Assembly (NCBI GenBank): GCA_964016885.1
Contig: OZ024740.1
Location: 147,374,001 to 147,438,000 of the forward strand
Direction of reading: 5' to 3'
Length of the DNA: 64,000 bases
From: Eledone cirrhosa
Taxonomy: Eukaryota
In this document: one piece after another, positions 28,631-49,092 of the stretch
Numbering within the stretch: the stretch's first letter is position 1
Layout: each line of letters begins with the position of its first letter
Notes under the pieces: generated by a model
The model's input: only the letters and a program-made list of their open reading frames with translations
What the model was told of the DNA's origin: nothing
Databases searched by the model: none
Program-made: the position numbers and the translations under genes

Positions 28631-30684
28631 TTCGTTTCTGAATTTGTTTAGCAAGATTCTTTATCTGAAATCGTGTGTTGAAACCGATATTGTTATACTT
28701 TGGGAGGGTCATGTTGCCAATAAGAAACACACGCACCAGTTGCTTTCACTTCAATTTAATTTATTATATATTTATAAATTTACAAATTTATAAATTTCTG
28801 GTTAGTTGGTTGGTTCCACAACCAGATAGTTGTTTATATATATATAGTCATAGTTCTTTCGTCACACACTCTGTGACCTCTTCAGTGACTGGGGATTTCT
28901 TTCTTCGTTTCTGTGCCTTTCCTTTCTTCTATCCTACGCCATTTTGTTTGTGTGTGGGTTGCGTGCTCAGTTTGCGCATGCGCCACATCCGGGTGTCTGT
29001 GTGTGTTTGTGTTCATTTTTCTATTTTTCTATTTATATTTTTCTATTTGTTTGTTTATTTATTTATTTATTGTTGGTTGGTTGTTTGTTCTATGTGTGTG
29101 TGTGTTTTCATTTTGTCTTGTGTGTGTTTTCATTTTGTGTGTGTTTTCAATTGTAAGTTGTTTGTTCTATGTGTGTGTGTGTTTTCATTTTGTCCTTAAT
29201 TGTAAGTTGTGATGTTGCTGTTCCACTCATATTTTCTATTTAATTTTGGTTTTAATTCTTTTATGCTTACTGCCTCTGTAATTTGCCTAAACATTGCGTC
29301 TTTCTTGTGTGTGGATTCTATTTTTATTTCTATGCTCTCTAATTTACCCCTGTGTTCTATCTTAGCATGTTGGTAGAGCACAGATGATTCTTTATTATCT
29401 TGGAGGTCTCGCCAGTGTTCATTTATTCGTTCTCCTATACTACGAGCTGTCTCACCTATGTACACTATATTTTTGTTTCTACATTGTCCTTCAGTACATC
29501 TTATGCTATATACTACATTTCTAGTTTTACAGTTAATATGGGGGCTTATTTTACAGGTTATACATTTCTTATCTATACATGAGGGTCTTTGGAACGGGTA
29601 TGTCTTGCTAATAAGTGTTTTTACGGAGGTACCAGGTCTTTCTACTATCTTAATATTGAGATTATGTTTCTTTAGGGCCCTTCTAAATTTGTAGGCTAGT
29701 TCGCCTCTAGGGGTTGTATTGATGAACATTACACTCTGGTATTTATTGCTATCATACCATGAGTTTATTCTATTGGCCTTGTTCTTAGTTCTTTCTATTC
29801 TATTCCAAAATTTGCTCCTATATAAGGGGCAGGTCCCATTTATGTCATTATTTACCATTTTTTCCCATTTGGTTCTGGCTCCTTTATACACTCTGATTCT
29901 ATCTCTCTGATTGTAGCCAGAGAACTGCATACGGTGGATGAAGTGTTGTATGTGTCTCTCTAGTTCTTCGGGGTTGCACATGCGGGACACATTTCTCATC
30001 ACCCGTACCAAATCCGCAATCAGTATGTTGATTTTGGTATGGTCCGAAATGGCCGAGTTTCGGTGGATCAGATGTTTGGAAGTCATGGGTTTGGCATAAT
30101 GGGAATGGAGGATTTGTTTTTGGTTGTTAATTGTATCTAACCAGAGCTCTGTGTCTAGTACAGGTAATCGATGGTTGGGGTGTCTACTTGGGTAGTCTAT
30201 AGTAACTCTAATGCTCTGGTGGATGGAGTTTGCTATTTGCTGGATGCTTTCCATTGTGTTTTTCTCAACGGAATGGAAAGCATTCAGCAAATAGTGTTTT
30301 TCTCAACACAATGGAAATTGTGTTTTTCTCAACACAATGGAAAGCATCCAGCAAATAGCAAACTCCATCCACCAGAGCATTAGAGTTACTATAGACTACC
30401 CAAGTAGACACCCCAACCATCGATTACCTGTACTAGACACAGAGCTCTGGTTAGATACAATTAACAACCAAAAACAAATCCCCAGTCACTGAAGAGGTCA
30501 CAGAGTGTGTGACGAAAGAACTATGACTATATATATATAAACAACTATCTGGTTGTGGAACCAACCAACCAACCAGAAATTTATAAATTTGTAAATTTAT
30601 AAATATATAATAAATTAAATTGAAGTGAAAGCAACTGGTGCGTGTGTTTCTTATTGGCAACATGACCCTCCCAAAGTATAACAA
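28631..30684 (-). mobile_element. PLE family A copy, 5'-truncated, with an inverted and internally deleted second arm
   Basis: ORF 29196-30290 (LPVLD, HYAKPM, C..KKCITC, VVYSIRC..VYIGETARS). Plus-strand arm about 30327-30684 jumps from RT to the 3' repeat. HHRs at 28846-28890 (-) and 30484-30528 (+). Confidence 0.92.
30484..30528 (+). ncRNA. Type I HHR of PLE family A (also 28846-28890 -, 35265-35308 +, 38406-38449 -, 41583-41627 +, 46815-46859 +)
   Basis: AGUCA-CUGAAGA-gGUCAC(agagugu)GUGAC-GAAA-GAA-CUA-UGACU. Confidence 0.8.
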
Positions 30685-30698
30685 TATATATATATATT

Positions 30699-30733
<35 letters not shown>

Positions 30734-30746
30734 ATTTATATATAGA

Positions 30747-33700
30747 GATTTTGAGTTTATGTTGGTTGTATACCAACACCTCAGTATGCAGGCTGGAGCA
30801 CTCGACGAAGTGCGCAGGTTGGTTTGGTTACTCCGGAGTAGTGTAAAATAAAGTTAAATAAAAAGTCAAATGATTAAAATTTACCTTCGTTTATTACTGC
30901 TATATATATTTCAGTGACAGCCATCTTTGGCTGTGACCTCTTCAGGCAGTTTGAATTAGTATGGTATAGACAAGTACATATGTTGTTGAGGTGTATAATA
31001 TTGTCAATACTCTGATATGCCCAGTTCCTGGTTGGGTTGTTATTTCATTGAGGAACTGGAATCATATGAATTCAAACAAACGAATTTCAGTGTCAAAAGT
31101 CCTCTTCTCCTCTCATTGGTCAGTTATTAGAACATTCCTCATTCTAAGTGTTGTTATTGTTGGAGTTAGCTTAAAAAATTGATAAAATGGTAGAAGGGAC
31201 AAGGTGTTAAAGGAACAAAATAACAAAAAAGTGTCAAACTTCCCATTGGTCAGTTCTGAGAGCATTCCTCAGTCAGAAGTCTATAGAATTCTTTCTGGGG
31301 TGAGGCTCCCTGTAGTGTTTTTGTTTGCTATTGTTCAGTACATTTGACTTCTACCATTATTTTGGTAGTGTTGTTGGTGTTGCTGTCAGCTTATATCTTG
31401 CTGCTGCTAACAATTTAGAAGTATCCAGTGTGTGTTTTTTCTTCATCCCTCCTGCCACCATCTCTCATAGTGGTGGTGGTGGTGGTGGGGTGGGTGGGGG
31501 GTTCTTCCATGTATATGAAGAAATATAAGGCAATAAATGAAGAAAACAGAAAATAAATAAATAATATAATAAAATAATTAATATAATTTGTATAATTTGA
31601 AAATAAATAAATAAATAGAGAATAAAGAATAAAGAATAAAGAATAAAGAATAATGAATAAATGAAAAATTGGTGAAAAAGTAATGAAAATGAATATGGAG
31701 AAGTGAAAAATAATGTAGGATAAAGTGTGTGTGTGCTATAACCAATCTCAAGGTCAGAAATATGTTGGATAGATTGGTATGAGGACAAGATGTTAAGATA
31801 AGATAATCAAACTAAATGTGTTTGTGTTATAATCAATCTCAACTTAAAAATAAATATAAGGTGATACAGTGAAGAGGGCAGAAAACAAATAACAAATTAA
31901 TAAAGAGAAATCAAGATTTAAAATTGGAACTTGAAAATCAGAAATCTAGTAAATTAAAAAGTGTTTGTGTTATATAGATGTTGGTCAAATTATAATGGCT
32001 GTGTCCGATTCTATCTCTAGGCTATCATGGTGTCTGCTCAGCCTGGGTTGTTCCCTATGGCTTGAGGGGAGTTCACAACCTAGGGTGTTGTTACTACCCA
32101 TATAACTTGAGGGAGGTCTGGCCGAGAGGTGTTTTCATGTTCTGTAGAAGTCCCTATAGCTTGAGGGGAGTTCACATCTTCTTGTGTTGCTACTGTCCAT
32201 ATATCTTGAGAAAGGTCCCGGCTCTAAGGTGTCTGCATGTCCCGAAGAAGTCGGTTCTGAGGTTTATCAGGCCGCTTCCACCTCTTAGTATCTCGAGGGT
32301 CTCGTTCAGGCATAGTTTGCATATGCAAGATCCCCCTTTATCGGGTGGTACTTTCCTGATTATGTACCAGGCCAGAGAGTATGGGGTCCTGTCCAGCTTA
32401 AGCTTTCAGATCAGGTCGGAGAGAGCTGTGCTTTTCCTTTTGGCCTCATTCTTGAATGAATGGCGATGGTTGTACCAGCGGTCCTTAAAGCTCGTTGATG
32501 TGGCTCCTATGTAGAGGTGTTCAGAGTTGGGGGTTTTAACCCTACAACCGTATACTAGGTTCTTCTTGAGGCATTCATTACCAAGGGGGCATGATTCGGG
32601 GTTTCTGCAGTTGCAGAGGGTGGTCGGCCTCTGCGTGCCTAGATTAGGGTTCCCGTTATGTGTTACATGTTGGTCTTCCCCCAGGCTCGGTGGGGGGTCC
32701 TCGGGTCTGTTTGGGTTTCTTGAGTGGGCTCTGGGTCCCCCCTTCCCTCCTTTCACATGGTTCTGCTGAGTGTTTGTATTGCCATCTTCTGGTTGTGTGT
32801 GGTTTTTAAGCCTACTTCTGTTGATGCTAGCTATGTGTTGGGCTAAATACCTCGTGGTGGAATACGAGAGCTTCACAGTGTGTCTGTTGAAGATCCTGTG
32901 GTATCTGTGGTCCCTCGGGAAGCATTTGTCAAGTGCTCCAAAGAATAATCGGGCCAAGCTTTTCTTTAGGGCCGCTGAGTAGGGTGGGTTGTACCACGTG
33001 ATTTTCGGTGTCTCCTCCTATATGTGTGTGTCGGGGGCGTCGTGATTTGTTGGAGATTTGTTGGGTTGCTGGTGGTTTCCGCACTGTTGCTTCCCCTTTG
33101 GGCTCTATGCTTTTTGTTATCTTCGCGGCCCGAATTTGTGGGGTGGTCGTTGTCCGCCCCGGGAGATCCATCGTGGGGTGGTCCCACGTCCCCCCCACGT
33201 GTCCTGTGGTTGGGGTCGTCTGTCCTGGGGTGGTTAGCGTCACGCCTGAGACTGCTACTCATATTGTGCTCCATCTCGTGGTCAAGCGCACTAGTCCCCA
33301 CCGCCCGTGTGGTGGTGTCGGGCACGTGGTGCCTATTTGATTCTGCTCTGCCTGTATTGTTATGGTTCGCGCCCCCCCCCCCCCCCCCCCCCCCCGGGCA
33401 ACGCGGTTGTGGGTGTCTGTTGGGCTATCCCCATCCCGGCTTTTCGGACTATATGTTATATTTTGGCCATGTGCCGCCTTCTTTAGAGCTGCGTTGTAAT
33501 ATTCCGCGTGGTTATTGAATATTTCTTTACTTGCGGACAGGCTGGAGATCCTGTCCGAGACACTCTTCACCACTGCCTTGGTTATGGATCTAGGGTGGTT
33601 TGATTTGGCGTTAACATATACGAGTTTCTCGTTGGGCTTGTGGTAGGGGTAGTATTGCTCGGTGTTCAGGTTTAATTTACTAGATTTCTGATTTTCAAGT

Positions 33701-34770
33701 TCCAATTTTAAATCTTGATTTCTCTTTATTAATTTATTTGTTTTCTGCCCTCTTCACTGTATCACCTTATATTTATTTTTAAGTTGAGATTGATTATAAC
33801 ACAAACACATTTAGTTTGATTATCTTATCTTAACATCTTGTCCTCATACCAATCTATCCAACATATTTCTGACCTTGAGATTGGTTATAGCACACACACA
33901 CTTTATCCTACATTATTTTTCACTTCTCCATATTCATTTTCATTACTTTTTCACCAATTTTTCATTTATTCTTTATTCTTTATTCTTTATTCTTTATTCT
34001 TTATTCTCTATTTATTTATTTATTTTCAAATTATACAAATTATATTAATTATTTTATTATATTATTTATTTATTTTCTGTTTTCTTCATTTATTGCCTTA
34101 TATTTCTTCATATACATGGAATAACCCCCCCCCCCCCCCTCCACACAACCACTATGAGAGATGGTGGCAGGAGGGATGAAGAAAAAACACACACTGGATA
34201 CTTCTAAATTGTTAGCAGCAGCAAGATATAAGCTGACCACAACAACACTACCAAAATAATGGTAGAGGTCAAATGTACTGAACAATAGCAAACAAAAACA
34301 CTACAGGGCGCCTCACCCCAGAAAGAATTCTATAGACTTCTGACTGAAGAATGCTCTCAGAACTGACCAATGGGAAGTTTGACACTTTTTTTGTTATTTT
34401 GTTCCTTTAACACCTTGTCCCTTCTACCATTTTATCAATTTTTTAAGCTAACTCCAACAATAACAACACTTAGAATGAGGAATGTTCTAATAACTGACCA
34501 ATGAGAGGAGAAGAGGACCTTTGACACTGAAATTCGTTTGTTTGAATTCATATGATTCCAGTTCCTCAATGAAATAACAACCCAACCAGGAACTGGGCAT
34601 ATCAGAGTATTGACAATATTATACACCTCAACAACATATGTACTTGTCTATACCATACTAATTCAAACTGCCTGAAGAGGTCACAGCCAAAGATGGCTGT
34701 CACTGAAATATATATAGTAGTAATAAACGAAGCTAAATTTTAATCAAATGACTTTTTATTTAACTTTATT
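30747..34770 (-). mobile_element. PLE family B copy, 5'-truncated and frameshifted, with about 1.1-kb inverted 3' repeat
   Basis: YYPYHKPN..YVNAKSNHP (33259-33705); KCFP..HRIFNRHTVKLSYST and CNCRNPESCPLGNEC..LVYGC..YIGAT (32406-32957). 30866-31958 is the inverse of 33671-34770. Confidence 0.9.
30896..30950 (-). ncRNA. Type I HHR of PLE family B (second copy 34667-34720 +)
   Basis: ACUGC-CUGAAGA-ggucACAGCC(aaagau)GGCUGUcacu-GAAA-UAUAUAUA-GCAGU; palindromic (UA)n stem III. Confidence 0.75.
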
Positions 34771-34803
34771 TATATATATATATAATTAAAAAAAATATAT
34801 ATA

Positions 34804-34925
<122 letters not shown>

Positions 34926-35058
34926 CGTTATTCCGGGTTGAATCGGAGGTAACCACAGTAAGTAAGGTACTCAATACATTGCAGAGTATAAAAGTTTTAA
35001 TATAGATGAGATTCTACAGGACTAGAACTGTTTCATTCTTTAAAAATCATCAGGAATC
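34926..35058 (-). mobile_element. Short HHR-bearing element (PLE-type 3' repeat fragment)
   Basis: Minus 35009-35058: GAUUC-CUGAUGA-uuuuuaaagaau-GAAA-CAG(uucuaguc)CUG-UA-GAAUC. Same sequence at 43351-43550. Confidence 0.75.
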
Positions 35059-35205
35059 TGGGTATCAAAAAATAAATATGGTATTTATAGGTCTCTTCAG
35101 GTGGGTGGTAGGAGAGGGTAGGGAGTGGGATGGGTGTAGGTCACTGGTTGATAGAAAAGGGAATTCATTAAAAGCTAATTCTTCAAAGCTATAGTTTATA
35201 TAGTT

Positions 35206-35458
35206 AACAAGATGGCGTAGGACAGAACAAAGGAGAGGCACAAAAAACAAAGAAAAGAACCCCGAGTCACTGAAGAGGTCACAGAATGTGTGACGAAAGA
35301 ACTTTGACAATATATAAACAACCATCTGGTTGTGGAACCAACCAACCAACCAACCGGAAATTTATAAATTCCTCCATTTATAAATTTATTATAATAAATT
35401 GAAGTGAAAGCAACTGGTGCGTGTGTTTCTTATTGGCAACATGAGCCTCCCAAAGTAT

Positions 35459-35464
<6 letters not shown>
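35206..35464 (+). mobile_element. PLE family A 3'-end fragment
   Basis: Matches about 41530-41768, including the HHR. Confidence 0.85.
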
Positions 35465-35524
<60 letters not shown>

Positions 35525-35552
35525 TTATATTTATATATATTTATATATATAA

Positions 35553-37459
<1,907 letters not shown>

Positions 37460-37535
37460 TATATATATATATTACTCTTTTACCTGTTTCAGCCATCCGG
37501 CTGAGGCCATGGTGGGGCACCGCCCTTTTAAAATG

Positions 37536-37579
37536 TGACCCGGGTGAGGCACGAACTCACAACATCCGCATTATAAGTA
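37536..37579 (-). pseudogene. 3' half of a tRNA-Ile(UAU)-like sequence
   Basis: Minus: TACTTATAATGCGGATGTTGTGAGTTCGTGCCTCACCCGGGTCA then CATTTT. Anticodon loop CU-UAU-AA and T-arm GTGAG-TTCGTGC-CTCAC; 5' half replaced by (TA)n. Confidence 0.55.
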
Positions 37580-37581
37580 TA

Positions 37582-37723
<142 letters not shown>

Positions 37724-37729
37724 TATATG

Positions 37730-37859
<130 letters not shown>

Positions 37860-37925
37860 GAAATATATATATAGAATTAGCCGTCGAAACGGCTTGAGCT
37901 CAGCCGTCGGGGTCTTACTGGTTCC

Positions 37926-41940
<4,015 letters not shown>

Positions 41941-42043
41941 TATATATATATATATACTTATATATATTTATATATATATATATATGTTTATATATATATA
42001 TTTATATATATTTATATATACATATATATATATATTTATATAC

Positions 42044-42078
<35 letters not shown>

Positions 42079-42118
42079 TATATATACATATATATATTTA
42101 TATATATATATATATATT

Positions 42119-43311
42119 TAAACGGAAAAAATGAAACGATATTTCATTTCCCACTCTTAGTACGGCTGTTACTTAAATATAAGTATGTACACGTACATAC
42201 ATATATGTATACCGACGTACAGTAGTATGTATATATATATATACATACATGCACACATATATATATGCACGTATGGATTCACCGAACATTTATTATAATG
42301 CTCGGTGTGTTTGTAAACAAACATCCCGTATTAAGCCGTAGTGTCTAGCAACCACCGCTGCTCGTTTGTTCAACACTGACAAAGGAACGCTGTACTAGTT
42401 TCAAGCTTGTTAGCTATCGTCAGCAACGTATACCTTCCTGCCAGATTGTTGAACGTATATACTTACCTTATGCATATTAACGGCTGAGTAGCCCAATTTG
42501 CATATCGAGTGGGTTAATCGGCCGAGTGCACCGAAAACGATAAACGGAAAAAATGAAACGTTATTTCATTTCCCACTTTTAGTACGGCTGTTACTTAAAT
42601 ATAAGTATGTACACGTACATACATATATGTATACCGACGTACAGTAGTATGTATATATATATATACATACATGCACACATATATATATGCACGTATGGAT
42701 TCACCGAACATTTATTATAATGCTCGGTGTGTTTGTAAACAAACATCCCGTATTAAGCCGTAGTGTCTAGCAACCACCGTTGCTCGTTTGTTCAACACTG
42801 ACAAAGGAACGCTGTACTAGTTTCAAGCTTGTTAGCTATCGTCAGCAACGTATACCTTCCTGCCAGATTGTTGAACGTATATACTTACCTTATGCATATT
42901 AACGGCTGAGTAGCCCAATTTGCATATCGAGTGGGTTAATCGGCCGGGTGCACCGAAAACGATAAACGGAAAAAATGAAACGATATTTCATTTCCCACTC
43001 TTAGTACGGCTGTTACTTAAATATAAGTATGTACACGTACATACATATATGTATACCGACGTACAGTAGTGTGTATATATATATATACATACATGCACAC
43101 ATATATATATGCACGTATGGATTCACCGAGCAACGGTTGTTGCTAGACACTACGGCTTAATACGGGATGTTTGTTTACAAACACACCGAGCATTATAATA
43201 AATGTTCGGTGAATCCATACGTGCATATATATATGTGTGCATGTATGTATATATATATATACATACTACTGTACGTCGGTATACATATATGTATGTACGT
43301 GTACATACTTA
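42119..43311. repeat. 422-bp HHR-containing tandem repeat (about 2.4 copies) plus an inverted partial copy from about 43129
   Basis: aacggaaaaaatgaaacg at 42121, 42543, 42965; HHRs on minus at 42387-42429 and 42809-42851. Confidence 0.9.
42387..42429 (-). ncRNA. Type I hammerhead ribozyme (second copy 42809-42851)
   Basis: ACGUUG-CUGACGA-uAGCU(AACA)AGCUu-GAAA-CUA-GUA-CAGCGU; palindromic ACUAGU; extended stem I (guucaaca/uguugaac). Confidence 0.88.
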
Positions 43312-43350
43312 TATATATATATTTATATATACATATATATATTTATATAT

Positions 43351-43549
43351 AGTTTTAATATAGATGAGATTCTACAGGACTAGAACTGTTTCATTCTTTA
43401 GAAATCATCAGGAATCGCTTCCTGATGATTTCTAAAGAATGAAACAGTTCTAGTCCTGTAGAATCTCATCTATATTAAAACTTTTATACTCTGCTATGTA
43501 TTGAGTACCTTACTTACTGTGGTTACCTCCGATTTAACCCGGAATAACG

Positions 43550-43550
<1 letters not shown>
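43351..43550. mobile_element. Head-to-head pair of the short HHR element
   Basis: 43351-43416 is the inverse of about 43419-43482; HHRs on both strands; (TA)n flanks. Confidence 0.85.
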
Positions 43551-43601
<51 letters not shown>

Positions 43602-43704
43602 AATATATATATATATATATTTAAATATATATATATATATATTTCTATATATATTTAAATATATATATATATATATATATATTTAAATATATATATATAT
43701 TTAA

Positions 43705-43736
<32 letters not shown>

Positions 43737-43781
43737 TTAAATATATTTATATATATATATTTAAATATATATATATATATT

Positions 43782-43813
<32 letters not shown>

Positions 43814-43890
43814 TAAATATATATATATATATTTATATATTTAAATATATATATATATATATTTATATACATATATATATATATAAAATA

Positions 43891-44077
43891 ATTGTTTCTA
43901 CTTTAGGCACAAGGCCAGCAATTACCCAGTGCATTACTGGTACTTTATTTTATCGACCCCCGTAAGGATGAAAGGCAAAGTCAACCTCGGCGGGATTTGA
44001 ACTCAGATCGTAAAGGACGTAACTATGCTGGAAAGCATGGCGTCCGACCCTCTACTGATACTGCCAATCCACCGCCC
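43891..44077 (-). mobile_element. tRNA-derived SINE, apparently full length
   Basis: Minus: GGCGGTGGATTGGCAGTATCAGTAG (A-box-like)...GAGTTCAAATCC (B box)...ttgcctttcatcc..gtcgataaa..ccttgtgcctaaagtagaaacaa. Confidence 0.8.
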
Positions 44078-44214
44078 ATATATATATAAAATAATGGTTG
44101 CATTTTAATAGGGTACGCTAAAGCTTATTTGTAAAACTGTTATATATTGTATTTTGTCTGATGAAGGCATACCATAATTTAATTTGTATATATTTATTTA
44201 TATATATATATATT

Positions 44215-44249
<35 letters not shown>

Positions 44250-44606
44250 ATATTTATATATTTATTTATATATATATATATTTATATATTTATTTATATA
44301 TATATATTTATTTATATATATATATTTATTTATATATATATATTTATTTATATATATATATTTATTTATATATATATATTTATTTATATATATATATATT
44401 TATTTATATATATATATTTATTTATTTATATATATATATTTATTTATATATATATATATTTATTTACTTATATATATATATATTTATTTATTTATATATA
44501 TATATTTATTTATTTATATATATATATACTTATTTATATATATATATTTATTTATATATATATATTTATTTGTATATATATATTTATTTGTATATATATA
44601 TTTATT

Positions 44607-45820
<1,214 letters not shown>

Positions 45821-45844
45821 TATATATATAAATATATATATATA

Positions 45845-47217
<1,373 letters not shown>

Positions 47218-47309
47218 GTAAATATTGATGCAATTCAAGTCAAGCACCCAACGTACTTTTTCCACATAGGAGTGACGGAGTAAATATCGAATAAGTAAGA
47301 GCGAAGTAG

Positions 47310-47349
<40 letters not shown>

Positions 47350-47351
47350 TA

Positions 47352-47401
<50 letters not shown>

Positions 47402-47409
47402 TATATATA

Positions 47410-47488
<79 letters not shown>

Positions 47489-47529
47489 TTATTTATTTAT
47501 ATATATTTATATATATATACATATAAGAA

Positions 47530-48090
47530 ATTACACGTTATCGCCTTCAAAATACGACCCTTGGAAAGTCACACAGTGGTTCCATCGTCTTTGCCTTAGT
47601 CGCAGTAGAATCAGAAGTAATTTTCTGTGAGTGTTCTTAGCTCGTCGGTTACATTTTTTTGTATTTTCCTCAGTCCCAAAATGATGACCCTTCAAGTTCA
47701 ATTTCAACTTAGGGAAGAGGTAGAAATCACACGGAGCTAGATCTGGGCAGTAGGGAGGATGTGGAAGAGTAGGAATGTTTTTCTTCGCCAGAAATTCTCT
47801 AATTGAAGTTTCTGTGGGAGCAGGAGCATTATCGTGGGGCAGTACTCAATCTCCTGCAATGTCCTTTCAGATTCGTTGGACCCGTTTTCGAAGTCGTTCC
47901 AAGACATATTTGTAGAAGGTACAATTGATAGTCCGTCCTAGAAATAAACATTCTTTCTTAACTATATTACGGCTGTCGAAAAAAAAATGACAAGCATCAT
48001 TTTTACCCTGGGTTTACTCTTGCGTGCTTTCTTCTGACAAGGATACTTTTTTGTGTGCCACTCCTTACTGCCGATTTATCTCTGATTGTA
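47530..48090 (-). mobile_element. Mariner (DD34D-type) transposase relic
   Basis: Manual translation: HDNAPAPTETSIREFLAKKNIPTLPHPPYCPDLAPCDFYLFPKLKLNLKGHHF; stops upstream. Confidence 0.85.
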
Positions 48091-49092
48091 CTCGAATACT
48101 CAATGTTTCAGTAGCAGGTTTGTTGAGTTTCACAACAATTTGATTGCGTACTTTAGTTCAATATTTTATTATCCGTTGCTTTTAATTTCTTTTTCTTTAT
48201 AAAAACCCCCATAATTTGGTACCTCGTTCTTGTACTGTCCCCAACGTTTTGAGCCTTTGTGGCCAATAAAAGAAAAGGTCATCATGATTAACAGCAGCAC
48301 AGCACCAGCATTAAAAAAAGGAATGGATGTCAGAATTGCTAGAACGCCCGATAAAATATTTTGTGGTATTTAGTTACGCCCTTTTAAGTTCTAAGTTCAA
48401 ATCCTATCGAGAATGATTTTTGCAGAGTGGATAGAATAATTACCAATAAAGTTCTAGAAATAATAAAATGTATAGCTTATATCATTGTTAGAAATTATTA
48501 TTAGTTTTCCATATCATTTTTGTAATATCATTGTTAGTAGCGTCAGTTGATTATTCTCTAATCTTTCTTTAAATGTATTTCGACCTCGTTGGGTACGAAG
48601 CCTCTACGCAGTCACTTAAACTACTAGAAATAGCTGTCAAATAACCTTCAAATTACAACCTGTTATTTTAAAAAAGAAAGCATACATTGGACAATGTGAT
48701 CTTCGATATAGAAAATGACGGTATGTTCACAGCTGGAGCTGCTTTTATTATGTCTATATTTGATAGATCAGGGCTGACCTGAGATTGAACAACAACTGTT
48801 CAAAACAAATAAATTTTGATTAGAGTGAATTAGAAGATAAAATGCTCATGTCTAAGCTAAGGACATTAACAGGTTAAGTGTGATGACCTGATTTCAATTA
48901 AAAATCGAAACCGGGCTGCAAAATTACTGGTTACGTACAGCTTCTCTGCAACAACATCCAATAAAAATGCTGCAATAAAATAAGTTAAAATTATGTGTAC
49001 TATATAAAATGAAATTCAATAGTAAGTCATAGAGAGCGAAATACAAAGGTATAAGACTCCTAAATAATCTTAAAATATCTGCCTAGGTTACA

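Noticed and set aside
32406-32408. In-frame TGA in a PLE ORF as possible selenocysteine
   Set aside because: It aligns with a conserved Trp (IWSLK/IWDLK in other copies), so TGG>TGA decay is simpler; the copy is also frameshifted.
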